This document shows, piece by piece, positions 51,444 to 63,232 of a stretch of 64,000 bases of DNA. The notes under the pieces were generated by a model. That model searched no databases and was not told where the DNA came from. It saw nothing but the letters and a program-made list of their open reading frames with translations. A program made the translations under genes and the position numbers. The stretch comes from Phoronis australis. Its lineage: Eukaryota > Animalia > Phoronida. Position 1 is the stretch's first letter. The number at the start of each line of letters is the position of its first letter. The stretch is taken from positions 76,974 to 140,973 of the forward strand of contig NMRA01000614.1 of the NCBI GenBank assembly GCA_002633005.1, given 5' to 3'.

Positions 51444-53275
51444 GTTTCATTCCGTTTCCGTTTCTGTATATCTCCTTGTCGATCTATTGTTGAGCAGACT
51501 CACGAAATGTCCGTCGTCGAGTACGACATGTTGTTTGGTAGTTCTAAGCCAGCCGACGCGCGTTTCGCCACGTGCTGTGTTACCACCATTTCTTTTTTGT
51601 CGCGGGTGGCCCCGATGTCCCTGGTCTCGTTCCAATACTAAACCTGCATTAAAAATCAGTAGCAATCAACTAAATATCTTACTTAGAAAATTTCATAGAA
51701 TGAGATAATCACGAGAAAATTGTAAAGAAACAAGGCCGTAGCTTTCTACAGTCATAAGTCTGACCAAATTGTTGGTTTTCTTATTTCTGCACGAAACCCT
51801 CCTCTAAGTAGGTTCAGGGACGAAACAACGATGTCCCTGACTTGTTCAGTGCCCTCTGTATCGACAAGTAATGAATAAACATGCAGTTTTCTTACTCATT
51901 TTCGCTGAACCAAACTGTTGCCATATTCTCGTGAGCCGTGCCTGGTAGTTACTGACTTATGGAGATTAGCCTCGTTCCGGCATTCAGCCAGCATGCAGTC
52001 ACTGCTTTGTGCAAGGCGAAAATATAGTCACGTTCCTGAGTGTACCAACTTCCTTATTTAGAAAAGTCACATGAGTTAAAAAAGGCTGTAGAGAATAAAC
52101 AAACCCCGTTTCTTTTTTATCTTATAATTATTCTATATGAACTATCCTAAGAATCTTGTAAGCATAATAATACAAAGACAAGTGTATATAGAATGTAGGA
52201 TAAGGTTAAGTGCTGAGCATTTATTTCCAACTAAGACCACGGCAGTATACGTGAAGTGTGAGCTTATAAAGGTGTTGATCCGTTGCTAAGTTATCCGAAT
52301 TCAATTTAGGCTATAACCAATCATGAACCAGAGTATAGGTCGGAGCCGCGTAGTCTCTGTTTAGAACTGATGATATACACTGTAGATTTGCATTGAGAGG
52401 CAGTTATCCGGTTTACGAAATTCTGTGATTTTGCGTATTAAGTTAGCGAGCGACATAATTGATGAAATTATAAATCTTCTCGGAGTATGACTAAGAATGA
52501 AAATTAGAATGCCATTGATTACTCAAGTTCAATACTTGGCACTCCGATGCTTAGGGTTCTGTTCTTAGTGAATCGAACATACCGGTAATTAAACATTGCT
52601 CAAAATAATTTTTGGTATTGCCTACGAAGTCAGGAGTGAGGGAATTTCCAATACAAGTGACAATGTCTCGATAGGCAAACGGTGAGGACGGACAAACTAC
52701 CACCTGACACTGTGGTTTTACTGAACGTAACTGGTCACAAGATTATCGTGCCTACTGGCTGCAGTGCCAATCTTATTAATTTCTACTCGAACGTATGCTG
52801 CACTAATGCAATTACTCGAGGAATATGTGAGTTTCCATTACGGTACCATGAAAATCCACTTTCTAATTTTTGTATCACGTGCTGCCTTGTATTACTTTGG
52901 GGAGTTTTTCGGAAAAAGGTTCCCTAAGCAAGAATATTCCATTATTGGTCTAACTGTAATGCATATTGAAGAATAGGTGAGGAATTGCATTGAGTGGTTT
53001 AAAAATCAAGGTTCCGAGGTGTAATTTAGTTTAGACGTCGACAGTAAAAATCGACAAGATTGCGCTATCAGTTTCATTTTGAAATGTATCGTATCTCGCG
53101 AGAGCACGGCGGGAAGCTCGGCCTTTCTTGGCATTCCAGTCATTCAATCATTCCTCAAGAAGGGAGCGGGACACGGGTTAGCTGACACGGAACGAGAAAA
53201 TCCGACGTAAGTATGTGTGTAAAAAGAAATGACACGGGGCAAATTGACACCATGGTGACTTGCCACTGTTTCTTA

Positions 53276-53323
53276 TGTGTGTGTGTGCGTGTGCGTGTGC
53301 GTGTGCGTGTGCGTGTGTGTGTG
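53276..53323. repeat. (TG)n/(TGCGTG)n microsatellite
   Basis: Alternating purine-pyrimidine run of about 48 bp. Confidence 0.95.
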
Positions 53324-53445
53324 TAAACGGCCGCTTGACCCACCGATCATCTACCAAACTTCAACTGAAACCAGTTACAGTGCTGCATTGATGCGATTGT
53401 TCTCGTATTGTGGCTGTGCCATGTTTCCGATACAGTGCACCATTA

Positions 53446-53676
53446 AAAAATATATGATAATCGCACGTTATACCAGACATGCGCATGCAGCACATTTGGG
53501 CCCATTGCATTGATCATCTGGAAACATTTATGCTTTATTAACATATAGTTAAACCGAGCTGAGGAGCTAGAAACCTGACACGAAGATTTAACAGTGTGGC
53601 CCAGTGGGGTTCGAACCCACGACCGGTCGAGTAAAGAAAGCGGTCACCTATCCCACTAGGCCACACTGCCACCTCC
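53446..53676 (-). mobile_element. tRNA-derived SINE, full length
   Basis: Minus strand A box TGGCCTAGTGG and B box GGTTCGAACCC. 13-bp TSD CAG(T/G)GCACCATTA (53433-53445, 53677-53689). Homologous to 25468-25706. Confidence 0.9.
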
Positions 53677-54447
53677 CAGGGCACCATTACATGCAAGTAT
53701 GTCTCGTTCGACAACCCACAGTGTTTTTACAGGAAAAATGTTGCTTGTGTGCGTTTGTGGCGCTTTTCAAAGAACCGTCCAGTCTTCGGGGCTGAAATTG
53801 ATGCGAACGGGTGTTTTTTCAAGATGAGTTTGGGTGCAGGCCAACTAAGCTTTTTGCCCCGCTAGTGACATGGCTTTGACAGGCGAGACGACTTGCACAA
53901 TAACTCAACCATTATGGTTATCGAACCATGTAAGCAATTTAATTACTTTGTTACGGCAGCAGTACTGAACGCGGCCAGAAACACGTGGGATCAGTTATTT
54001 GTCTCGTATGCTCACGAATTCAACGTTGCATGAAGGCAGTTCTCTCGGACACGAGAAACATGAACGTGAAATTTAATCATATGTTTTTCTCATTTCACGG
54101 ACTGGTGATCAGTATGGATCTTTACAAGACGACAAAGCTCTTGTTTAGTAGTTTATCGAGTTCAATTCAGCTCACTAAAAACGAAAATACAATTAGTCTT
54201 TTTCCTCTTATAAAATCGGTTCCATTACGGTCTTTATGGTGATAGGATTCCATTTCCGTTGCCAGAAAGAACATCAAAACCATCCGCGACTCAAGAAAAC
54301 GTTACAGAATTTGTTGCGGTTGTCCAACCCTAAAATAGCGAATTCGAAAATGGCGCAAGTGGTCACTGTCTGTAATTTTGGTATCGGAAATAGAATCCTG
54401 TCTATTAAGGACTAATATGAGACCGATTTTACGAGAAAGAAGACTTC

Positions 54448-55029
54448 GTAGTATAAAATGGTCACTTACTTAGAGTCGTGATTGGTTGTTAGCAAACGTT
54501 TCGACCTGGTCCGCCAGGTCTTTGTCGATGAATGAGGGATTTCCCGCCTTTCGCTCGTTAAGAATGCTGGAGTTAAGTGGGGGGTTAAGTGGAGTCCTCT
54601 GTCCCGGTTCAAGAGGGGGCGCTGACTGTTGAAGAAACCAAGAGACCGTTCCTTACCAGATTCAAAGAACATCTGAAACTGGACAGACCAACAGCTGCGG
54701 CCGGGGGGAAAATATTTTGGTTACTGGGCATACCATCTCTCTGGCATCTAACCAAGGAACAAAATTGGCATACTCGTAAGCTCAAAGAGCCAAACGTCAA
54801 CAGTCAGCGCCCCCTCTTGAACCGGGACAGAGGACTCCACTTACTCCCCCCCCCCGTGTACCCCAGAATTCTTAACGAGGGAAAGGCGGGAAAGCCCTCA
54901 TTCATCGACAAAGACCTGGCGGACCAGGTCGAAACATCTGCTAACAATTACCAACCACGTCTCTAAGTAAGTGACCATTTTATACTACAATGCCTAGCTC
55001 TAGAGACCAATGGCGAACCTATTCTCCAC
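54448..55029 (+). mobile_element. Penelope-like retroelement, 5'-truncated, with inverted pseudo-LTR and tail
   Basis: About 185-bp inverted repeat (54448-54632 and 54797-54988), a 41-nt tail (54989-55029), a 12-bp TSD AAAGAAGAC(T/C)TC (54436-54447, 55030-55041), and a GIY-YIG endonuclease C-terminal remnant. Confidence 0.9.
54631..54880 (+). pseudogene. GIY-YIG endonuclease C-terminal fragment (Penelope ORF)
   Basis: ETKRPFLTRFKEH...EQNWHTRKLKE...PLLNRDRGLHL..PVY matches the PLE GIY-YIG motifs GET.R....R..EH, RK..E and LNRD.G. Confidence 0.85.
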
Positions 55030-57651
55030 AAAGAAGACCTCACCCGATTTTCGATTTAGCAAGCTAAGGAGGCGACTTGTAGCTTGAACTCGCAGAAAAG
55101 CGAGACTCGTAAGACTACGCAAAATCACGCGAGTGTTTCGCGAGTACGCTTGGGACACTAGCAAAATATGGCGGCCACTGAAGTGATCAGTACGCTAGGC
55201 TGGGACGTTGAATTGCGGGTACAATTCTCTCAGTGCTTTCGTTCCATAAGTGGAGATTTTTGCCTCACTTAGTGCCTCGCGAGTATCTTGCGTTTATAGA
55301 ACGCACTCTCCCCGCGTGCGCTGGTGAGATCACGTGAGCGTTTCCATTTGTAAAGTTGCATTCCTCGTGTCATCTTTTTTGTGTGGGACGAGGAAAATGA
55401 ATATCTGCTCCCAATAAATTCAATCGCTGTAAAATATTTGAAATTACATGGACACGTCCGGTCCAATTGATAAATCTACCTCGTACGCCAATTTTTAAAT
55501 ACCAAACGGTAATTAAACATGTTAATGCGCATAACACAGCTGTGTCTATTGCCACTTAGGAGTTCCCTTTTCCCATTTATAGCACCTTTTGAAGATATAT
55601 TATAGGACACCTGTCTTCATAATGTTTTCATTCCCTCAGCTGGTCAGTTATATACATTCGTTCTCGGTCAAATTCTGTCGTAACCATGCAGAGGTTACAT
55701 CAACCATATACTATGTAGTTCATTGAACTGTAAACAAAATTCACGCGGAAAGCGTGCCACTGCTTTTATTTCCGTATATTAAATGTTCTGTCTTCTCGTT
55801 GTACCGGATAAGGCGAGTGAAAGCCATTACTTCCACTTGAAGTCACTTTCCATAAAGCCTACTATAAACCCGCCCTCTGTCCAAACAACTAATACAGCGT
55901 TCACACGCAGTCCGATCAGAACAAGTTCGATCGGACGTCTGATCCTCGCCTGAAAAAATTCTACCCTTTTTAGACGGAAGATCTGGGAGCTGTTCTCTAT
56001 GACTTTGATGTCTTTTGGCTTTTGGCTAAAATCAACCTACAGCTAACTTAGCCTATTTCATGAAATCAGGGTAAGTCTAAAAGTCAGAAAATTCGAAGCC
56101 AAAAGACGTAAATCCGTAGCTAATTACTCGGGCCGAGCAGACTAAAAGCCAGAGCCAGAAGACAAAAATCAAATTTTGGCTATTGGCTCTTCGAGAAACA
56201 CGCCATTGACGTCTTAGCGTGAGATGGATGACAAAATTCACCTAACTTGTGGTTATGCTCTGTTCGCTCTTACTGATCACACGTGACTGCCACGATATCA
56301 GCATTTTGCACCGTACTTGCAAAACGGCTGATATGGTTCTCGTTGGCTTTTACTGGGAAAGTGTTGCCCGAAATTAACGCAGATGAGAAGATGTTGGTAA
56401 ATGAGGTCGTAAACAACGCTAGTAATTTACGGTCCGAGTTAATCTAGTGATTTGAGCTCATAATAGCTGGGAAAAGCACTATTGCAAAGCATCAAAAGAC
56501 TCGAAAATGAAGGCTCACTCCCTGAAGTTCTGTCACGGCATCATTAACCGTTGGAATGGGCACGCCAGGCCTATGCCGCGTGAAGATTTTAAAAGTAAAC
56601 TTCCCGAAGAAAAATCTTGTCGGTGACATAATGACGACACTTCATTAGAAATTCTAGGCTTCGTTTTTTCTCTCGAAGTGATCTCTCACCAAATGTTAAA
56701 GTTTCTGATCGGTTGTCATTGAAAAGGCTTGCATTCAAAAAATAACCAAATCAGATGTTCTCCAAGTCTCATTTTGCTAAAAATACAGTTTGAACTCTAC
56801 TCAATGGCTACCCCTGTTTTTCTAGTTCGCACGGTTTGTTTAGTGTGTAGAACAAAAACTATGAAGTGCCAATTTGGTTTGCAAACACTGCGTTCGGAGT
56901 TCCGCCTTAACTTTCGGCCTCTTTCACTTACTTGAACGTAATGTTAAAAACCTGCTATACGTCGAGGAATAAACAAAAAGGTTTGCACCAACTTCAAACA
57001 AATGTCGAACATAGATTGATAACATAACTGAAAATGAAACAAACAGATAGAATGGATGAAAAATGCAAGGCAGAGTCGTTGATCTTTCAGCACGTCAACA
57101 GCTGAACTGTACGTCTATGCTAATGTACTAGAGAGGATCTGCAGGTGATAACTTAAAAGTACTAATAAAATGTTTAAAGCATAGGTGTGGTCATAGAACT
57201 CTAGCCCTGGAAAGTCAACTCTGATCTTGCGGTCGCTGAGGTTGCACCGCGCATGCGTGAGAGTTGTTTGTATTCGTTTGTTCCGGTGTGTGTACTTGCT
57301 ATGAAATTTACCGTTATTAATACTTTTCGCAACTCCGCCGTTTTATCAACCGTACTGCGTAAGAGCCATTCATTAGAAAGCCCTTTCTCAGGTCTTGATG
57401 ATTATATCAGAACCAAAAGATAAATAATTTAATTCATAAGTAATTATCATTTCGCATACCTGACTGGTTTTAAGATATGTTTTAATTCTAAGAACCTAAA
57501 TGCGAAAAACAACAGTGTGTAATCGTAACATAAAAAGGAAATGGACCAGAGAGGTTGTACAAATGGCTAGTTAAGCCATTAGGGAAATAATTGCAATGAT
57601 TTAAAAGATTTCTAACCTTTCAAGCTAAAGGTTTTAGAATATGGATGCCTC

Positions 57652-57988
57652 ACACTTCCTGTGGATAATTCAGTCAAGCATTCATCCAAAATTATCTATC
57701 TTTATATGTTATAATTTAATGGATCTTTGGTGCCGTTTGTTACAATTACATTCTTCAGTAAAAATTCACAATGCAGTAGCATTTACGAAAAATGTATCTA
57801 TCCGAAATTTGCAGATAAAGGTTTTCTTATAGATAAAACAAGTGCGAACATCTATTACGTAGCTTTAAAAATGTACCGTGGATAGCTCATCACATGGTTG
57901 CAGTGTAGAACTTTCCATAAACTCTTTTCTTCAGAAAGTAAAAGTTAGTGATCCTGATACATGTAGTGTGTCTTACCGTAAACAAGAG
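57652..57988 (+). repeat. Interspersed repeat family C, copy 2
   Basis: Collinear with 40442-40804; both copies end at CCGTAAACAAGAG. Confidence 0.85.
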
Positions 57989-58044
57989 ACATTCTGGAAC
58001 ATAACAATATTCATAAAAAACATTGTTATTTTGAAGACCTGCTG

Positions 58045-58488
58045 TGTAGTTGTCACGATCAGCATTCAAGAACCAAAAACGGAACAACTGGATTGAAAAG
58101 CGGGACTTCAGGATAAAAAGCGGGACATCTGGGTCTAAGCCAAAACGTAAGGGTGAAATGTTCGCTGCAACACACAAACATACCGACAGCTTTTTTTGTC
58201 CAACAGGAGATGTAACACCCAAACATGCAAGACTGCTAGGTTTTTTGTTGTTGTTGTTTTTATAGTTGAATGGGACTTTGCGGGTGCCGCAAAACCCATG
58301 AAATGTCCCGTTTTTTCCTTTTAGTCGAGCGGAAAAAATATGGCTATGCCGCGTAGGAAATAGTATATGATAATATGTCGATTTGGTTGTGTGTCAAAAA
58401 AGCGGGGCATTTAGATGATGTGGCGGTATGACGGAAGAAATTCAAAAAAGTAGGACAGTTCTCAAGAGCCGGGCAATTGGCAACTATG
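58045..58488. mobile_element. Degenerate hAT-like MITE with CGGGAC subterminal motifs
   Basis: Weak termini TGTAGTTGTCA / TGGCAACTATG and repeated AAAAGCGGGAC/GTCCCG motifs. No TSD found. Confidence 0.35.
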
Positions 58489-58591
58489 ATGTACGCTACA
58501 CGAATTGCTGGATTCAGTTCTTTTACAAGGTAAACTTTTCATTTTTTTAAATTATATTTCACGCGAATAGGTAAATACCACAGATCACAGT

Positions 58592-58656
58592 AGGTCTACT
58601 TCTCAGAATCGGGCCTAAATTTTCAATTTTAGGCCCGATTTCTGAGAAGTAGGCCT
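58592..58656. repeat. Short inverted repeat (hairpin), ~28-bp arms
   Basis: AGGTCTACTTCTCAGAATCGGGCCTAAA ... TTTAGGCCCGATTTCTGAGAAGTAGGCCT. Confidence 0.85.
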
Positions 58657-58834
58657 GCTTTTCAAGTTTAGGCCAAATGTAATTTCTTTCCGTAAAATGC
58701 TGTAACATTATTTGAAACTCCCAAAATGTCTTGTTGAAAAACTCCAGGCATGTAGTATGATAGGTTGTCGAAAGTGGTCCTGCGAATGGAGCTGAAAAGA
58801 TGTCAGAGGCCAAACTAATCCCGGCATCCACGCT

Positions 58835-59765
58835 ATCCTTTCGTTTTCGGATGGATTTGAGCTATTAAGCGCCACCTGGTGGCCAATTTTTACTTTTTTC
58901 GAGTGTTTTTTTGTCGTCTATCAACCAAACCACCCTAAGGATGAGTGTGGGAATTGGCGTATACGTTCTTAGTGTCACGAAGACGGTTGACGATGATTTT
59001 CGACGACTGCGACTACTGTGGCGCCTCATTGGGGCAGTTTCGTTTTGCTTTGCGCCCAAAGCTGTATCTCCTAAACTTATTGCAGGATCTTTATTAAATT
59101 TAGCTAGTGTGTTTATATGAAGTTGATAAAGGTCGACGACGCCTTTAAGACGGATCCGACGAAAGCTTGCCCGCTAGTGGCAATTTCGTATTTTCCGTTT
59201 TCCTCAGTTTCTCTGTAGTTCCTTGTCAGATTTTTATGAAATTTGGTAAGTAGCATTCTATTAACAGAATGATGTCATTTTCCCGTTTTCGAATGAATTC
59301 AACGTATTCTGCGCCATCTAGTGGCCACTTTTACTGTTTTCTAGTCTGTTTTGGTGTCCGTCCCTCTATCAATCAAACCCCTCTAAGACAAGGATTGTTG
59401 TGAAAATTGTTCTTAGTGGAAAGAGGACAGTTGACGACTTCACTTATTGTGGCGCCTCCTAGTGGCAGTTTTGTTTTTGTTTTTGTTTTTGCACCCATAG
59501 CTGTATCTCCTAAACCCACTGCAGGAACAATATTAAATTTAGCAAGTTTATTTATATGAAGCTCACAACGGACGGCGACTATTTTCAGGCGGTTCCGACG
59601 AACACTGTATGCCCTAGTGGCTATTTCATTTTTTCTTTTTTCTTCTGTTTCTCTGAAGTTCTTTGGCGGATTTTTATGAAATTTGCTAAATTATAATAAA
59701 GAAACGATGACATTTTCTCGTTTTTGGATGGGTTCGACGTATTTTGTGCTATCTAGTTGCCATTA
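58835..59765. repeat. Higher-order tandem repeat (~440 bp x 2.1; three ~147-bp subunits per unit) with CTCF-like motifs
   Basis: Units start at 58869, 59311 and 59746, with shared AGCTGTATCTCCTAAAC and GATTTTTATGAAATTTG blocks. A GCGCCMYCTAGTGGC-like motif begins each subunit. Confidence 0.8.
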
Positions 59766-60455
59766 TTATGATACACCCCTAGAAGTACACCGTTTGTGGC
59801 GCATTCGTGAGCGCATTTCGACGCTTCGCGTTGCTGTTGTAATCAATTATCGCGCTTCTTGACTTATTTTGCAGTGAAATCATTGATTCTTTGGAACCGT
59901 ACCTCAAGAGTCTCGCACGATGAACAATAACAACAAAATGAAGTGAAGAAATGAAATTAGACTTGATTTGATAATTTCAATTCTCGATCAAATTTCAGTC
60001 GATCAGGCAGCTGGAAATTCTCTGTGCAAACTCTCGGGGTCTCAAGCTCTAATTATAGAATACATAGGTGACGTGCGAAAGTTGGCATTCCGGGTCTAGA
60101 GTTCTATGGTGTGGTTGAGCGCTTCTGGCCTAGGCTTGAGTCCAGGTTCTACAAATTAGATTGCACGGTGTGCCACTTTATGCCCGAGCAGAAATGCCAG
60201 TTCTATGCAGACCCCAAAATCACCTCTCGTCTGAGTAAAGGGCAAACTGAGGGCAATTTAAATCAAAAGTACGCCATTTTTATAGCCGCTTTAAGCTCAA
60301 CAGAATAATTAACGTTATGTGTAACTTGAACCCTATTTCACAAAAAATGCTATTTCAAAACTATAAGCTATGTATGCAGCAAGATATGTGAGGATTTCAA
60401 ATAAATTCAATTTCATGTAAAAGTCAGATTGCCATGGATAATATGTGCCACAATG

Positions 60456-60699
60456 CAGGGGCGGATATAGGATTTTGAGTTAGGGGGGCCAGGGCACAGG
60501 AATAACCAGAATTTCGGCAGATGCGCGGGACCAGTCTAAAATGTAGGGATGCAGGGTCTCGAAGTTTTGGGTTTGCGGACCTTTTGACTAAAAAAACAAC
60601 GATAAACCCCCCCGAAGCTCCCCTGGTTGCGCGCATGTGCTAGTCGGCAATTCGAACCCGAACTGCCAAATGGTATCTGGTAGAATTTTAGGGAGGCCC
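60456..60699 (+). mobile_element. hAT-type MITE truncated at an N
   Basis: Starts CAGGGGCGGATATAGG...GGGGGGCC. The 3' part matches 23030-23080. Homology stops at the N at 60700. Confidence 0.65.
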
Positions 60700-61964
60700 N
60701 GTGAGCTGACACCTTGCAGGACTCGTTTTCCGGCTACAGTGGAAGTTTCACTCGGTTCTGAAGTGGTCGATAAATCCTGCAATCGAAGTTCACTGACCGA
60801 ACTCGGGATCGTCTGGATTAGAGAAGCCCGCATCACTTCAACAAAATTTCGTGAAACTTCATAAATTAAAATGCGGCAGCAAGTTCTACCTACAGTGAAT
60901 CACGTGATCGGCATTGAACAATGCGCTTGAATTTGTAGTCTTGAAATACGGTAATTACTTTCAATTTGATAAAGTTAGCGTTATTTTGAAAAGTTACGCC
61001 CCTCGAGGGAAAGTGAATAAATTACGGACCTACAACTTTTCCAAAGTTCAAATGACCTAAATGTATATGATAATCTATCGTTTGATATAATGATTATGCT
61101 CGTAAAGTACGGGCGTAAAAGTGGCTTTATGCCGGTAATTTACAAGGATGGAATAATTTGAGTGTGGCACTTCTTTCTAAAGGCCAAAATATCGGTTTTA
61201 GTAAGTACGCTGATGGTCAGACGTGCTGCCTGCCGGCTCGTAAAAAATCACATCAGAACGTGGCATACAGACCCGATTTACTGGTTATGAAACCGGTCTC
61301 AACTTGTCCTTTACTGATTGGAAATGAATTCTGACCTTGAAGAAAGTGACAGTTACTTAGCGCTTAAGATCAGGCCCAATGAGTTGCCTCAGGCCAAGCT
61401 AAAATGTCCGTTCTTGCGGGCCAAGACCAGATATCACTTTCCAGGAACAAGCTAGAGGCCATTGTATAATGGGAGTTATCTAAATCAAGAGTACAAGGAG
61501 GTTTAGTGCTCAAAGTGTTCGTGGTGTCGATGTCTGATGAATTAATTAAATGCTTAATTAAAAGCCGTCGTCTTGTGAAGCCCCGGATCCGCGCCACACT
61601 GTGATCTTTCATTATTCGTTGAAATTATCTATGCAATGCAAAAAAATGAATTGACGAATGCATGCAGTATGTTATCTGGCCCAATAGAATATTTTCACGA
61701 AGCGCAACGGCCTCTGTTGGTCATACACTAATCTTTGAATGCGGCCGATAACTTGTCGGTCTTTTGTGACCTCACTGCCGGATTAAGGTGGCTTGGGACC
61801 CCTAAGTCCTTGAAGGCAAGAGGCCCCCAGTGACTTCACTTGTTCGTCACAAATTTTCACCCCTCTGTCCGGGCAATTGGGCCGTCCCGGATTACACGGC
61901 AAAAGAACTCTCTTTTGTCCGGCAGATAAGAAAACGCGTGACCTAGTTTTTGGAAATTAGGCAC

Positions 61965-62098
61965 ATTTTCGTGTCTCTCATTAATGTCGGGAAGGCGAAG
62001 AATTTCAGATCACCCATCCACGGGAATTTGTCCAGTTTATCAAACCTCTTCACGTCTGAGGTGCAACCCACAGCACAGCAGTAATACTTCGTTGGCAT
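61965..62098 (-). pseudogene. THAP domain N-terminal fragment (transposon-derived)
   Basis: MPTKYYCCAVGCTSDVKRFDKLDKFPWMGDLKFFAFPTLMRD has the C-x4-C and FFxFP of THAP, and is truncated before the W and CxxHF. Confidence 0.7.
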
Positions 62099-63159
62099 TG
62101 GAAGGACGAATAGAGTAGTGCAGCCAAGAGGAGAAATCAGACAATAACAAATAACATGTAAAACTCCAGTGGCACGAAAATGAGACAGCAAACGTGCCTG
62201 ACGGATGTTTACGGCACTGTGGGTAAATGCAGCGAGATTCGACTGTCTGTGTAATCCAGGACGGCCCTATTCCCGAGCTAACGCCCACCTTAGTCGGAAC
62301 AATTTCAAGCTACGCCTGATCGTCAAACTTTTCACCGACACCGCCTCCTGTCGATAGGACTTTTGTATGGTTCTGTGGCTACAAGAATTGGTCCTATTTT
62401 ATGCGGATCCTCTTTATGGCTCAGTGGATAATCCGGGGTTGCATCCCGTGCACACAAGAAACTGGACAATGAAGCTGGCGTTATCACATGCTTCGCTTAT
62501 AATGCATGACGTTATCTGGTGAATGTTTAGATCTTGCTTTTTCGCGAGTTTCTTGTGTTTATGGAACGTAGCCAGACAATGGTCGACCTTCTGCGAAAAT
62601 GCGCAGTGCTTTTTTGAGTTGTAAATTGTCCAACACTGTTGTGAAGCACAACTGTTATCATGTGTATGGTACATGTGACTTTAATATCCCGAAATAGAAA
62701 TTTACCCTCGGGCTTCAGTCAGCTGACGTATGCACGACTCTTGTGACAACAACTCGGTATAACATTACATTTGAACTTTTTCTGCAAATGTTGTTGTTTG
62801 TTTTGTTAAGTGTTATGATCATTGATACTCCGATCCATGAGACCCATTCATACTCGCTTATATGCAGCTGTGACCCGAGTTCAAATAATTGATTGATCGG
62901 TCAATTAGACATATAGTAGATACACACTAACTGGACTACTTTATCTAGTCGTCGTTGCTGAAGATATCGCCAAACGAGATAATGTAAGTAAAATCCACCT
63001 TGTTCGAAAATAATGGCAGGTTCACTTAACTTGCTTTCTATTTTTGACGAAAATATAATGAAAGAAATTTTGTACAATTAGTATAATGTTGCGATTATGT
63101 ATCAGTATTTACTATATAGCTGGAGAAACCAGGTTATGTTCATGCTCCTTGTTTTTAAA

Positions 63160-63232
63160 CTGATGACTGATTGGTTGGTTGGTCACTTGATTGTGTGATT
63201 GATTGGTTTATTGATGGATCGATTGATTTGTG
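63160..63232. repeat. Degenerate (TGAT/TGGT)n tetranucleotide repeat
   Basis: TGACTGATTGGTTGGTTGG...TGATTGATTGG...GATTGATTTG. Confidence 0.7.

Noticed and set aside
58835-59765. CRISPR-like interpretation of the regularly spaced motifs
   Set aside because: The 'spacers' are homologous to each other and about 130 bp long, there are no cas genes, and the DNA is eukaryotic.
62550-62620. Possible THAP C-terminal piece (STAHF/AEGRPLSGYVP) on the minus strand
   Set aside because: Needs a frameshift, lacks Cys, and lies upstream of rather than after the THAP N-terminus at 62098.
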